From positions 70,478 to 134,477 of the forward strand of contig CAWIMW010000007.1 in the NCBI GenBank assembly GCA_963837365.1: a DNA stretch of 64,000 bases. The letters are read 5' to 3'. The position numbers were made by a program, and so were the translations under genes. Positions within the stretch are counted from its first letter, which is position 1. Every line of letters begins with the position of its first letter. Below are positions 17,174 through 26,941 of this stretch, piece by piece. The notes under the pieces were generated by a model. The model worked only from the letters and a program-made list of their open reading frames with translations, made no database searches and was not told the DNA's origin. Source of the stretch: an uncultured Acidobacteriota bacterium. Lineage in GTDB: Bacteria; Acidobacteriota; Terriglobia; Terriglobales; Acidobacteriaceae.

Positions 17174-18730
17174 TTATTTGTTTTCGTTCTTCAACACACG
17201 CTCTTGCAGCGCCTTGGTCACAACTCGCAGCATCTCATCCCAGGGCGCGGGCTTTCCCGTCCAGATTTCGAACTGTCGCGCAGCCTGATGAACGAACATT
17301 TCAAATCCCGGAATCACTTCCGCCCCGCGCGCCTTGGCCAGTTTGAGCAAGCGTGTTTCGATGGGGTCGTACACCATATCGAAAACAAAGCGGGCCTTGA
17401 TTTCTTCTTCCTTCAGCGGAGTTTCTCGCGTGTTCCCCAACCCCAGCGGCGTCGCGTTGATGATCACATCAAAAGCCAGCTTTTTAAGATCGGCACGCTT
17501 GATGCTGCGAGCATGCGCCTGGCGCGCCAGTTTCTGTGCCGGGCCTTTGCTGCGGTTCAGAATGTAAATTTCCGCCCCACGTTCCTTGAGCCCGAAAACC
17601 GCCGCCCGCGCCGCCCCACCCGCCCCGAGTACCAGCACTTTGGCGTTCTCCAGGGGAAGGCGCCGTTCCAGCGGACGTACCACACCTGCCGTATCCGTGT
17701 TGAAGCCGTATAACTTTCCGTCCTGTGCACGCACCACAGTGTTGCACGCCCCGATTTTTGTGGTATGAGCGTCGGTGTTATCGAGGTGTTCGATAATCGA
17801 TTGCTTGTATGGCATGGTGACCGAAAGGCCGTGGATCGGAATATCACGCAAGCACAGCATTAAATCTTTGAGGGTTTTGGCGTGCAGCGCCACATAAACG
17901 GCGTTCACGTTTTCCCGCCGCATGGCCGCATTCATGATGGCCGGCGAAAGTGAGTGGGACACCGGATCTCCCACCACCCCATACACGCGTGTGGCCGCAT
18001 CCACTTGATCGATACGATAGGTGTTGCGCAATTCCTGCGACGTCACCTGGCCGGGAGCTGTTTTTTCCTCGTCGCTGACCGAAGCAAAAGTAAAAGCGCT
18101 GCCTGCCCGCACGCCGATCACGCGGCTGATGATGCCTTGCTCCCCCATGCACATGCCCACCAGCGACTGCTTGTCACCTTGCTTCTCCAGAAACTTCATC
18201 ATGGTGACGTTGTCGTACAGCGTCGTGGCCGTACTGACGACCTTGTAATAGTCGGCGGGAATGCTCGTCATCTTCGCTAAAGTTTCATCGAGCTTTTTGG
18301 TGGCCCGGAAGTCGTGGAAGGAAAGAACCAGTGCCGCGTGCGACCGCAGCTTTCCAATCTGTGCCGGCTTGCACTTCACCGCGCTTTGCAACTCCAGGTC
18401 AATTAACTGGCAACCCGCGGCTGTGGCTTTGCTCAAAATATCCAACTGCGACGCGATGGAGCCTTTAAACTTGCCTCCGCCGCTCGTACGCCGGCAAGTG
18501 GCAATCACGGCTACATGAGGATGATATTCGGTGAACCGCTTTATCTTCGGCAGGGCCAGCGCCGGACGGGGAAGATAATCAAGCCGGAATTCCAGAAAAG
18601 TATTGTCCCGCACCAAAGACTCCGCTTTTTCAATGAGTTCCGTCGGATCCGACCCCGTGACGGCAACGCATACCCGAGGCAGTCGGAGCGGGATCAGGCG
18701 TGATATAAGAACGTTGGGTGCGGTGCTCAT
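17174..18730 (-). CDS. Bifunctional type I 3-dehydroquinate dehydratase / shikimate dehydrogenase (AroD-AroE fusion)
   Basis: Likely start at ATG 18730 (MSTAPNV...). The N-terminal half is AroD-like (RVCVAVTG...EFRLDYL...LVLSFHDF). The C-terminal half is AroE-like (YGVVGDPVSHSLSPAIMNAA...GLSVTMPYKQ...GACNTV...NTDTAG...VLVLGAGGAARA). Confidence 0.85.
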   Translation of the reverse strand: MSTAPNVLISRLIPLRLPRVCVAVTGSDPTELIEKAESLVRDNTFLEFRLDYLPRPALALPKIKRFTEYHPHVAVIATCRRTSGGGKFKGSIASQLDILSKATAAGCQLIDLELQSAVKCKPAQIGKLRSHAALVLSFHDFRATKKLDETLAKMTSIPADYYKVVSTATTLYDNVTMMKFLEKQGDKQSLVGMCMGEQGIISRVIGVRAGSAFTFASVSDEEKTAPGQVTSQELRNTYRIDQVDAATRVYGVVGDPVSHSLSPAIMNAAMRRENVNAVYVALHAKTLKDLMLCLRDIPIHGLSVTMPYKQSIIEHLDNTDAHTTKIGACNTVVRAQDGKLYGFNTDTAGVVRPLERRLPLENAKVLVLGAGGAARAAVFGLKERGAEIYILNRSKGPAQKLARQAHARSIKRADLKKLAFDVIINATPLGLGNTRETPLKEEEIKARFVFDMVYDPIETRLLKLAKARGAEVIPGFEMFVHQAARQFEIWTGKPAPWDEMLRVVTKALQERVLKNENK

Positions 18731-18955
18731 TCTTGCGAGAGTGTCGGCGGACGATATTACAGGCCCGTAATTGCAGATGCAACAAGGGATTAACAATCCT
18801 GAATCAGCTCTCCAAACTTTTTAACGTAGTCTGGATGACACCGCCGTAACCTTGACCACCCCTTACCCGCTTGTTACCTTCCGGTCTGTACCCCTTTAGT
18901 TTCCATGCATTTAGCGGGTAACGGGCCATTGGTCCGGCGACGACTCGGAGGTAAC

Positions 18956-19918
18956 ATGAAGAAAACAGGTATTTTACTGGTGCTGTTGATGGCGGTTGCC
19001 GCATACGCCCAGCAAACTGAATCTATGGCGGCCATGGACGGCCCCTCGGGCACCGCCCCAACGTCGGTGACTTTCCCCTTCGAGCGCGTACAAACCCCGA
19101 CGCACGCCGACCTTTATTGCGCAGGCTTCATTAACCAGAGCCCGCTCCCCAATGTCAATTTCGTTGCCGGCGGTCTTCAGACGCCCAATGAAACTCGCTA
19201 TAGCGCAGGTGAATTGGTCTACCTGGCGGGCAGTGGATACCAGGTTGGGCAGGAATACAGTGTCCTGCGCGAGACCCGCAACCCCAGCAAGCATGAAATC
19301 TTTGCCGGGCAAGACCACATGATCAAAGCACTGGGTCAGCCCTACGCCGATCAGGGATTGGTCAAGATCGTGGATACGCGCCAGAAGATGGCTGTGGCCC
19401 AAGTGGAATACAGTTGCGATGCGATTGTTCCCGGCGACATCGTGGTTCCTTATGCGGAAAGGCCAACCATTTCGTTTCATCCTCCAGTACGCTTTGACCG
19501 ATTTGCTCCTGCTGGCGCCAAAACCAGTGGACGCATCGTGATGGCCCGTGATTTTGACGGCTTTGTAGGGACCGGCGGCAAAGTTTACCTGAATGTAGGC
19601 TCCAACCAGGGGGTGAAGCCAGGCGACTATTTCCGCGCCGTGCGTCTGTATAGTGCGGACAAGCGCGATGAAGTGGATTCACTTTCGTTTGCTGCCGACG
19701 CCATGGAAGATACCCAGAAAAATCCACCGGCCATTGATCCCAATTTTCTGAACCGGACCAAGGGCGGCGCGATTCATACCGCGAACTTGCCGCGTCGCGC
19801 AGTCGGAGAAATCGTAGTCCTGAGCGCGACTCCGACCACTGCCACCGGAATGGTTGTCTACGCACTGGAAGACATACACGCGGGCGATGGAGTGGAATTG
19901 GACGAACAACCGCAGTAA
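18956..19918 (+). CDS. Secreted hypothetical protein
   Basis: ATG 18956 with a GGAGG SD. Signal peptide MKKTGILLVLLMAVAAYAQQ. No family recognised. Confidence 0.55.
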   Translation: MKKTGILLVLLMAVAAYAQQTESMAAMDGPSGTAPTSVTFPFERVQTPTHADLYCAGFINQSPLPNVNFVAGGLQTPNETRYSAGELVYLAGSGYQVGQEYSVLRETRNPSKHEIFAGQDHMIKALGQPYADQGLVKIVDTRQKMAVAQVEYSCDAIVPGDIVVPYAERPTISFHPPVRFDRFAPAGAKTSGRIVMARDFDGFVGTGGKVYLNVGSNQGVKPGDYFRAVRLYSADKRDEVDSLSFAADAMEDTQKNPPAIDPNFLNRTKGGAIHTANLPRRAVGEIVVLSATPTTATGMVVYALEDIHAGDGVELDEQPQ

Positions 19919-19939
19919 GCAAACCAAGCAAGGAATCAG

Positions 19940-19973
19940 GCCGGAGAAGAGTCCTTCTCCGGCTTTTATTTTT
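19940..19973 (+). terminator. Rho-independent terminator
   Basis: gccggagaag (19940-19949) pairs with cttctccggc (19954-19963), followed by ttttattttt. Confidence 0.75.
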
Positions 19974-19981
19974 CAAGCCAG

Positions 19982-20584
19982 TTATGTCAGATTTTCATCG
20001 CCGAAAATCTCTGCGGTAAAGCCCTCAATCAAAGCCCCATTCTGCCACGCGTCCAACGCCAGGCCGGCTTTACGGCAGGTTTGTTCCAGGAAGGTAACGC
20101 GGTCCCATCCGTGTTCCAGCGGGACCTGGGGAAGGAGCAGGCCGCGCCGTCCTGCCTGACTCACAATCAGCCCGTGAAGTCCAACTTCTACTTGTTCGGC
20201 GAGGATGGGCTGGGGCTTGGTGAGAATGCTCAGCGAGGCTTGAAGATCTGCAAGCTCCTCGCGCGTGACCGGCCAGAATCGGCTGTCTTCAAAGGCCGCG
20301 GCACGGGCGGTTTCGATGATCGTCCGGTATAACGACGCCACGGCTTCAATGTAACCAACACAACCCCGCAAGTTTCCGCGCCAGTAAAGAGTTGTGAACG
20401 CGCCACGGGGCTCCGCCAGGTGAGCCGAGGGGGGATCCATTGGGACTTCGGAGCCATCCAACTCTGAGGCAATGGCTTGATGAGCAAGCTTAAGCAGGAG
20501 ACTGCGTTCTTCCTGGGAGAATTCCTGGGGCCGAGCCGGAACTTCAGGCTCAGGTTGCGGGGACATCATTCTTCGCGGAAACAT
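19982..20584 (-). CDS. AMMECR1-domain protein (AmmeMemoRadiSam system protein A type)
   Basis: The conserved blocks GAFTTLYWRGNLRGCVGYIE, AAFEDSRFWPV and GLIVSQAGRRGLLLPQV match the AMMECR1 fold. Confidence 0.8.
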   Translation of the reverse strand: MFPRRMMSPQPEPEVPARPQEFSQEERSLLLKLAHQAIASELDGSEVPMDPPSAHLAEPRGAFTTLYWRGNLRGCVGYIEAVASLYRTIIETARAAAFEDSRFWPVTREELADLQASLSILTKPQPILAEQVEVGLHGLIVSQAGRRGLLLPQVPLEHGWDRVTFLEQTCRKAGLALDAWQNGALIEGFTAEIFGDENLT

Positions 20585-21218
20585 TGTTCTTCCTCCGCCG
20601 GCTCAGGACGAAGGCCCGCCGGCGGCTTCTCACGACTCGCCGGTCAATCTTGGACCAGAATGCCTTGAAGTAATCGAAGGCGGAAACCAGAGATAGCGCA
20701 ACCATGAACCAGATGGCAAACAAGGCGATCCAATGGACCGGAAAAACATAGTTGCCGTAGACCGGCCATTCCTTCCAGCGATGGTCGAGTATCACCGCCA
20801 CAACGGAAACGATCTGCACCACCATCTTGAACTTGCCCAGCTCGCTGGCTTCGATGGTGAACCCCTCTGACGCGGCGATCGAACGCAACCCGCTGACCAG
20901 AAACTCGCGTCCAATAATAACCACCGCCATCCAGGCCGGTACCAGGCTGGGATTGAACTGGACCAGGGCGATAAAAGCGGCGGCAATCAAGAGCTTGTCC
21001 GCCAGGGGATCGAGCAGCATGCCTATAGTGGTAATCTGTCCGCGTTTGCGGGCGAGATAACCGTCAATTCCGTCAGTGATCGAAGCTGCGATAAACAAGA
21101 CCGAGGCCAAAAGCTCTTTGTGCCCGTCTAAACTGCTGAAGCGGCTGGAAGATAGGATCCAGATCAGCAGCGGGATGCTGAAGATGCGGGTCAGCGTGAT
21201 GGAATTGGGCAGGTTCAC
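20550..21218 (-). CDS. pgsA: CDP-diacylglycerol--glycerol-3-phosphate 3-phosphatidyltransferase
   Basis: GTG start at 21218. NSITLTRIFSIPLL followed by the CDP-alcohol phosphatidyltransferase motif DGIDGYLARKRGQITTIGMLLDPLADKLL. Confidence 0.9.
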   Translation of the reverse strand: MNLPNSITLTRIFSIPLLIWILSSSRFSSLDGHKELLASVLFIAASITDGIDGYLARKRGQITTIGMLLDPLADKLLIAAAFIALVQFNPSLVPAWMAVVIIGREFLVSGLRSIAASEGFTIEASELGKFKMVVQIVSVVAVILDHRWKEWPVYGNYVFPVHWIALFAIWFMVALSLVSAFDYFKAFWSKIDRRVVRSRRRAFVLSRRRKNNVSAKNDVPAT

Positions 21219-21312
21219 AGCGACGCCAAATTATCCTCCACTACACAAGGGGAAAGCAATGGAGGAAGTTGAGAACATAATCGGAAGATATGTCTATAAT
21301 TGGATTTAGGTT

Positions 21313-22440
21313 ATGAAGATCAGCTGTATTGGGCTTGTGGTTCTATTGGGGGTGGCGGGCACCGCAGTTTTGGCCCAGGACTCCGCGAAAGAGTTGCCTT
21401 CGGCTCCGTCCGCCACCATGCAACCTCAAAGTCCGCCTCCACCAGCCGCGCCGCCTGCGACCTCGGCGGGGACAACTGCCACGGAACCACCCGCGCCAGC
21501 CCGGCCGGATATTACGACGACACAAACTCCTCAACAAACTAGCACCGCAGCCGGTGGCTCGATTCTCGAAACCCCGAACAATAACAACACTTCTCCTCCT
21601 GATGAAACCATCATCCTCCATGTCAATGAAGTGAACGTTGTTTTCACGGTTTCCGACCGCCATGGCAAACTGATCACAAACCTGAGGAAGGACGACTTCC
21701 GAGTTCTCGATGATGGCAGACCTAACACCAACATCCGCAGTTTCCAGCGGCAAACCGACTTGCCGCTTCGGGTCGGCCTCCTGGTCGATGCCAGCAATTC
21801 CGTACGTGATCGCTTCAAATTCGAACAGGAGTCCGCAATCGAGTTTCTGAGTCAAACCATCCGTCCAAAATTTGACAAGGGATTTGTCGTGGGTTTTGAC
21901 GCTACTCCCGAAGTGACCCAGGATTTCACCGACAGTACCGAAGCGTTGGCCAGGGGAGTCCGGATGTTGCGTCCCGGCGGCGGTACGGCAATGTATGACG
22001 CGATCTATTTTGCCTGCCGCGACAAGCTGGCCAAACAGCCGCGCACCGGGCCCATGCGCTACGCCTTGATCGTGCTCAGCGACGGCGAAGACAATCAGAG
22101 TCACGTGACTCGCGAAGAAGCCATCGAAATGGCCCAGCGCGCTGAAGTCATCATTTATACGATCAGCACAAACGTAACCGGGTCGAAGAACGACGGAGAC
22201 AAGATTCTTAAGTACATCTCCGAAACCACCGGCGGCCGGGCCTTCTTTCCCTTTCAGATCACTGACGTGGCCAATGCTTTCGCCGAGATTCAGGAAGAAC
22301 TGCGCAGCCAGTATGCCCTGTCCTATCACCCCGCCGGATTCTCCGCAGACGGCCGCTACCACACTATTCAAATCCTGGCGCAAAACCACAAACACCTGAA
22401 AGTCCGCGCCCGCCGCGGGTACTACGCGCCCTCACGCTAG
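21313..22440 (+). CDS. Secreted VWA-domain protein (acidobacterial VWFA-related, TIGR03436-like), copy 1
   Basis: Signal peptide, then a P/A/T-rich linker, then VNVVFTVSDRHGKLITNLRKDDFRVLDDGRP...LRVGLLVDASNSV...TAMYDAIY...VLSDGEDN...IYTI. Confidence 0.8.
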   Translation: MKISCIGLVVLLGVAGTAVLAQDSAKELPSAPSATMQPQSPPPPAAPPATSAGTTATEPPAPARPDITTTQTPQQTSTAAGGSILETPNNNNTSPPDETIILHVNEVNVVFTVSDRHGKLITNLRKDDFRVLDDGRPNTNIRSFQRQTDLPLRVGLLVDASNSVRDRFKFEQESAIEFLSQTIRPKFDKGFVVGFDATPEVTQDFTDSTEALARGVRMLRPGGGTAMYDAIYFACRDKLAKQPRTGPMRYALIVLSDGEDNQSHVTREEAIEMAQRAEVIIYTISTNVTGSKNDGDKILKYISETTGGRAFFPFQITDVANAFAEIQEELRSQYALSYHPAGFSADGRYHTIQILAQNHKHLKVRARRGYYAPSR

Positions 22441-22569
22441 CCTGACGTCGGCACGTTGGAGAGTTATACTTCCACCGCTAAGATGTGGGCACCCGCCCAA
22501 TTTACCTGTCGATCTTGAACGTGACAAACGTCCAAACCGTGGCAGGACACAAGGAGAGATACTGTGCCA

Positions 22570-24702
22570 ATGAACCGGCGTGAGTTTCTGGCGGCTTCGG
22601 TGGCAGGCGCCGCCATGTTGCAGCAGGGAGTGGCGTTCGCGGCTCCAACCGGGAAGATCCAAGTGGCAATTGATGCCGCCAAAAGTGGCGGGCCGGTAGC
22701 TCCGCAGATTTTCGGAGGATACATGGAGCCGGCCACCACCCGCGTGTGGGCCGAGATGTTGACTGACAGAAAGTTTGCCAACCCGGTTACGAGCGCGAAG
22801 TCTCCGCCAACCAATCCATTCTTCCGCCGTTTTTTTGGCGAGCCGTTTAAGCCGTTGGGTCCCGACGGAACAGTCGAAATGGACCCGGTACGGCCCTTTG
22901 TCGGCAAGCACAGCCCGCGGGTGAAGCTTGCCGGTTCCGGGCCGCGCGGCATACAGCAGTCCAAACTGCGCTTGGGCCGCGGACGGAGTTATGTCGGACG
23001 GGTTCATCTTGCTGGCGATCCCAGCGTCAAGGGTGAGATCCGTTTGGTGTGGGGAACTGGCGCCGACGATTCGCAAACCATCGCAATCCCCTCCTTGTCG
23101 AACGAATACAACCAGTTTCCGTTACAGTTCACTGCGGGCGCCGACTCCGAGGATGCGCGGCTGGAAATTCTTGGCACCGGCAGCGGCACATTCCACGTCG
23201 GTGCGGTGTCCCTTATGCCTGCCGACAATGTGCAGGGATTTCACGCGGGAATGGTCCGCCTCTACAAGGAAGCCGGTTTCAAAATGGCCAAGTGGCCCGG
23301 AGGCAACTTTGTCTCCGCTTATGACTGGTACGACGGGATTGGCGATTCGGATAAGCGCCCGCCCCGCCTGCAACCCATGTGGTCTGACCGGGTAGAGTCA
23401 AACGACGTGGGCCTGCATGAATTTGTTGCCTTCTGCCGATTGCTCGGAGCGGATCCCTATCTAACCATCAACAGCGGATTCGGTGAAGCCCGAGTCGCCG
23501 CCGAAGAAGTGGAATACTGCAACGGTTCCACCGACACGCGCCTGGGCAAGCTGCGCGCGGAGAACGGTCATCCCGAGCCCTTCAACATTCGCCTCTGGTG
23601 CATCGGCAATGAAATGTACGGGCCCTGGCAGTTTGGCCACATGCCGCTGAGCCAGTATTGGGTGAAGCACAACTACATCGTCGAGGCCATGAAGAAAGTG
23701 GACCCGAGCATCAAGGTGACCGTGTCGGGGGCCAGTATCGCCGAGAAGTCCCTGGGCGGCGCAGAAAAGAAGAACGAGTTCTTCCCCGACATCTGGGCGC
23801 CGCTGGTACAGGAGAAACTGCCCTACGAGTTCGGAAGCCTGAATGACTGGGACGGATGGATGCTCGCCAAGTGCGCCGACAACATTGACTATCTTTCGGA
23901 GCACACCTACGCCTATCCGGACCTGGCGTTCGACGCAGAGAAGCAGCTCTTTGTGGATGTTCAGGACCCGCTTCAGTTCCGCACCCGGCGGATGGCCAAC
24001 CGCATCGGCGAAGCCTTCGAGGCGTGGCAAAAGTATCTGGAAAGAATGCCGTCGCTGAAAGAGAAGAACATCAAATTCATCTTCGATGAATGGGGAATTC
24101 GCAACCGGTCCGCGGATGGAAAATCGCATCCCCCAACCGGAATGGTGGGGCCGTTGTCGTACGCGCTCTTTCTGCACGAATTGTTCCGCCACTCCGACAT
24201 GGTGGCGGCGAGCTGCCCGACGGGAGGACTGTTCACGGTGTTGATTGACAACACCGGCGAGGCGGTCGGTTTCTCAGCCGAGGGGCTGGTGATGAAGCTC
24301 ATGGCGAACCACTTCACTGGTGCTCTCCCAGTGGAGGTGAGCGGGAACTCGCCTCAACAGGGAATGAGCGGAACGCCGATGGTCGATATGGGTTCCAAGC
24401 CAACTGGAAGCGCCACGTATCCTCTCGACGTGGTTGCTGCGCTCTCCGGCAATAAGAAGAAGTTTCTTGTCTCTGTGGTCAACCCGACGGAAGAAGCGCA
24501 CGAATTTTCACCCCAGACTGCTGGAGTGAAACTACGCGGGCCCGGCAAGTTGTGGCAGATCGCGGCTCCCAACGTGAACGCTGCGAATGAGCCAGGTAAG
24601 AAGCCCGCCGTGGAAATCCTCGAATACCCGCAGAAGGCGCTTGCGGAAAGCGTGCAGGTTCCAGCGATCAGCGTCAACGTTTATGAATTCGAGGTTGCGT
24701 GA
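22570..24702 (+). CDS. GH51-like alpha-L-arabinofuranosidase with Tat signal
   Basis: Tat motif MNRREFLAASVAGAAML. WPGGNFVSAYDWYDGIG and WCIGNEMYGPWQFGH are typical GH51 catalytic-domain blocks. An alternative GTG start lies at 22564. Confidence 0.8.
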   Translation: MNRREFLAASVAGAAMLQQGVAFAAPTGKIQVAIDAAKSGGPVAPQIFGGYMEPATTRVWAEMLTDRKFANPVTSAKSPPTNPFFRRFFGEPFKPLGPDGTVEMDPVRPFVGKHSPRVKLAGSGPRGIQQSKLRLGRGRSYVGRVHLAGDPSVKGEIRLVWGTGADDSQTIAIPSLSNEYNQFPLQFTAGADSEDARLEILGTGSGTFHVGAVSLMPADNVQGFHAGMVRLYKEAGFKMAKWPGGNFVSAYDWYDGIGDSDKRPPRLQPMWSDRVESNDVGLHEFVAFCRLLGADPYLTINSGFGEARVAAEEVEYCNGSTDTRLGKLRAENGHPEPFNIRLWCIGNEMYGPWQFGHMPLSQYWVKHNYIVEAMKKVDPSIKVTVSGASIAEKSLGGAEKKNEFFPDIWAPLVQEKLPYEFGSLNDWDGWMLAKCADNIDYLSEHTYAYPDLAFDAEKQLFVDVQDPLQFRTRRMANRIGEAFEAWQKYLERMPSLKEKNIKFIFDEWGIRNRSADGKSHPPTGMVGPLSYALFLHELFRHSDMVAASCPTGGLFTVLIDNTGEAVGFSAEGLVMKLMANHFTGALPVEVSGNSPQQGMSGTPMVDMGSKPTGSATYPLDVVAALSGNKKKFLVSVVNPTEEAHEFSPQTAGVKLRGPGKLWQIAAPNVNAANEPGKKPAVEILEYPQKALAESVQVPAISVNVYEFEVA

Positions 24703-24818
24703 GAGGGAAGGGATCGCTGTCCAGGTTCCCCTGTTATTTTTCATTCCGACGAAGAGCGCAGCGACAAGGAGGAATCTGCGTTCTTCCGCACTGATTCTAA
24801 AGTCATGATTCTGCGATC

Positions 24819-25886
24819 ATGAAAGTATCAGCTAACCTAAAAGTCGGACTAATCGGCTTCGGCCTGGCAGGACAATCCTTCCACGCCCCCATCATCAGGG
24901 GCACACCGGGCCTGGAGTTGGCATGCATCTTCGCGCGCAGCGGAACCCTGGCGCAAGAGCGTTATGCCGATGTGCGCATTGTCCGCACCCTGGATGAACT
25001 GTTAGCGGACGAGCAAATCCGCCTCTGCGTGGTAGCCACTCCCAATACCAGCCACTTTGAACTGACGCGGCGTTGCCTCTTGGCAGGCCGCGACGTAATC
25101 GTGGACAAGCCCTTCACCACAACTCTGCGCGAAGCGGAGGAGTTAGTTACCCTGGCAGCACAGCAAAATCGCGTGCTCACCGTCTACCAAAGCCGCCGCT
25201 GGGACGGAGATTTTCAAACCGTAAAGAAAATCGTGAACGCCGGTACGTTAGGCGAGATTACCGAGTATGAAGCCCGCTACGACCGCTTCCGCCCGCAATC
25301 CAAGCCCGGCACCTGGAGAGAGCGCCCCGAGCCGGGAGCGGGAATTTTGTTCGACCTTGGGCCGCATCTGTTGGATCAGGCGCTGCTGCTGTTTGGCACT
25401 CCGCAGGCACTGAGTGCGCGATTGCTGTATCAGCGTGGCGGAGTAGTGGATGATGGCTTCGATGTCGCGCTGGAGTATCCCAAGTTTCGCGCTCTGCTGC
25501 GCGCCCGCATGCTGGCCTATAAGCCCGTACATCATTTTTTGATTCATGGAAACAAGGGATCATTTGTGAAGTATGGGATGGATCCGCAGGAGGACATCCT
25601 GCGCAGTGACAAGCGGCCGGCTGGAACTGACTGGGGCGCAGATTGGGGAGTGGATCCGGAAGCAAACTGGGGAACCTTGAGTTTGGCAGATGGCGGCGTG
25701 CAGAAAATCAAGACCGAAGTAGGTGACTACAGGAACTACTATGCCAATGTGCGCGATGCGATTTTAGGGATGGCACAGCTTGATGTGCAGCCGCAGCAGG
25801 CATTGAACACGATGCAGGTTTTGGAGTTGGCGCAGAAGAGCCATCGGGATCGGCGTTCGATTGGATGGGACGAGTCAGGAAATTGA
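24819..25886 (+). CDS. Gfo/Idh/MocA family NAD(P)-dependent oxidoreductase
   Basis: N-terminal Rossmann fold LKVGLIGFGLAGQSFHAPI. The EKP-like motif (VIVDKPFT) and the family's C-terminal alpha/beta domain are present. Confidence 0.85.
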   Translation: MKVSANLKVGLIGFGLAGQSFHAPIIRGTPGLELACIFARSGTLAQERYADVRIVRTLDELLADEQIRLCVVATPNTSHFELTRRCLLAGRDVIVDKPFTTTLREAEELVTLAAQQNRVLTVYQSRRWDGDFQTVKKIVNAGTLGEITEYEARYDRFRPQSKPGTWRERPEPGAGILFDLGPHLLDQALLLFGTPQALSARLLYQRGGVVDDGFDVALEYPKFRALLRARMLAYKPVHHFLIHGNKGSFVKYGMDPQEDILRSDKRPAGTDWGADWGVDPEANWGTLSLADGGVQKIKTEVGDYRNYYANVRDAILGMAQLDVQPQQALNTMQVLELAQKSHRDRRSIGWDESGN

Positions 25887-25907
25887 TTCCACTCCATCTT
25901 GAGCTAT

Positions 25908-26621
25908 TTAAGTCTGTACCAATCCTTCCAGGGCAGATTTGTTGAGGATCACCAGATCAGAGCCCCTCGACTGGATGAATCGCCTCATTTTGAAGTCGGC
26001 AAACAGGCGGCTGACGGTTTCGCGGGTAGTGCCGATCATCTCCGCGATTTCCTGGTGCGTCAAAACCAAACGCAGCTGTAGAGAATGGTCTGAGTCCCGC
26101 TCCACGGACCAGCCGAGCAGCAGTTTGGCGAACCTTTGCCCCGGGGAGCTGGTTAGTCCCAGAGTGCGGATTTCCTCATAGGCCGTATAGTAGTTGCGGC
26201 TCAGTTGCTGTGCCACCCGTAGCGCAACTTCCCCATAGTCGTGAAGAAATTGCCGCAAGGCATCCGCGGCAATGAAGTTCGCCTGCCCGGGCTCCACCAT
26301 TTCTGCTGTGACCTCGTAGGGGCGGGCAGAAATCGTCGCGTTCAGTCCCAGCACGTCTCCGTGCTCGGAGATATTAGTGATGATGGTCTTGCCTTCGCGG
26401 GAAGTGGTGGACAGTTTCGCCTTGCCGGTGCAAAGCACAAATACCCCACGTCCCAGTTGGCCCTCAATGAACAGCGTGGCGGCGCGGGGATAGACCGCGG
26501 GGGATGTGATGTCATTCAGTCGCTGTACCGCCAATGGGGAAAGATTGCAGAAAAGATGCTGCTCCCGCACGGGACAAACGGTGCAGTCGTCGAGGATGTT
26601 CAGACCATAGGGCAACTTCAT
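25908..26621 (-). CDS. Crp/Fnr family transcriptional regulator
   Basis: A cNMP-binding beta-barrel (LFIEGQLGRGVFVLCTGKAKLSTTSREGKTIITNI) plus a C-terminal HTH (LTHQEIAEMIGTTRETVSRLFADFK). Confidence 0.85.
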   Translation of the reverse strand: MKLPYGLNILDDCTVCPVREQHLFCNLSPLAVQRLNDITSPAVYPRAATLFIEGQLGRGVFVLCTGKAKLSTTSREGKTIITNISEHGDVLGLNATISARPYEVTAEMVEPGQANFIAADALRQFLHDYGEVALRVAQQLSRNYYTAYEEIRTLGLTSSPGQRFAKLLLGWSVERDSDHSLQLRLVLTHQEIAEMIGTTRETVSRLFADFKMRRFIQSRGSDLVILNKSALEGLVQT

Positions 26622-26941
26622 GGACGTTCCTCATCTGCTTGAGAAACCACAGGGCCTCTAACGGAGTCCCGTTAGCCATGATCTTTGGGAGCTACAAATA
26701 CTGCGTACCCCACTACCTTTGAGATTGATCGTAGGGCTGGTAGCCACGGTCCGACTGTTCAAAATTGCTCATTTTCAGAAATTAGGGTAGGGATCCTCAG
26801 AGGTTAAGCCAAGCCATTCTGGGCAGTTTCAACGCAGGCCTGAAGGCGCTCCTCCACCCCCGCAAGGCTATCTTCACACTCGCGATCTGGGCGACCCTGG
26901 GGGACAGCCAGCAGGAGACCAGCCCTACTCTTACATAGTCG

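Noticed and set aside
21343-22395. A 350-aa ORF antisense to the first VWA gene. Similar long antisense ORFs occur at 30542..31612, 937..1425, 2290..2799, 7243..8226, 23461..24192, 44007..44744 and 57064..57702.
   Set aside because: These are typical stop-poor shadow frames opposite real genes in high-GC DNA. Their translations are Arg/Gly/Pro-rich with no recognisable domains, while the sense-strand genes have clear family signatures.
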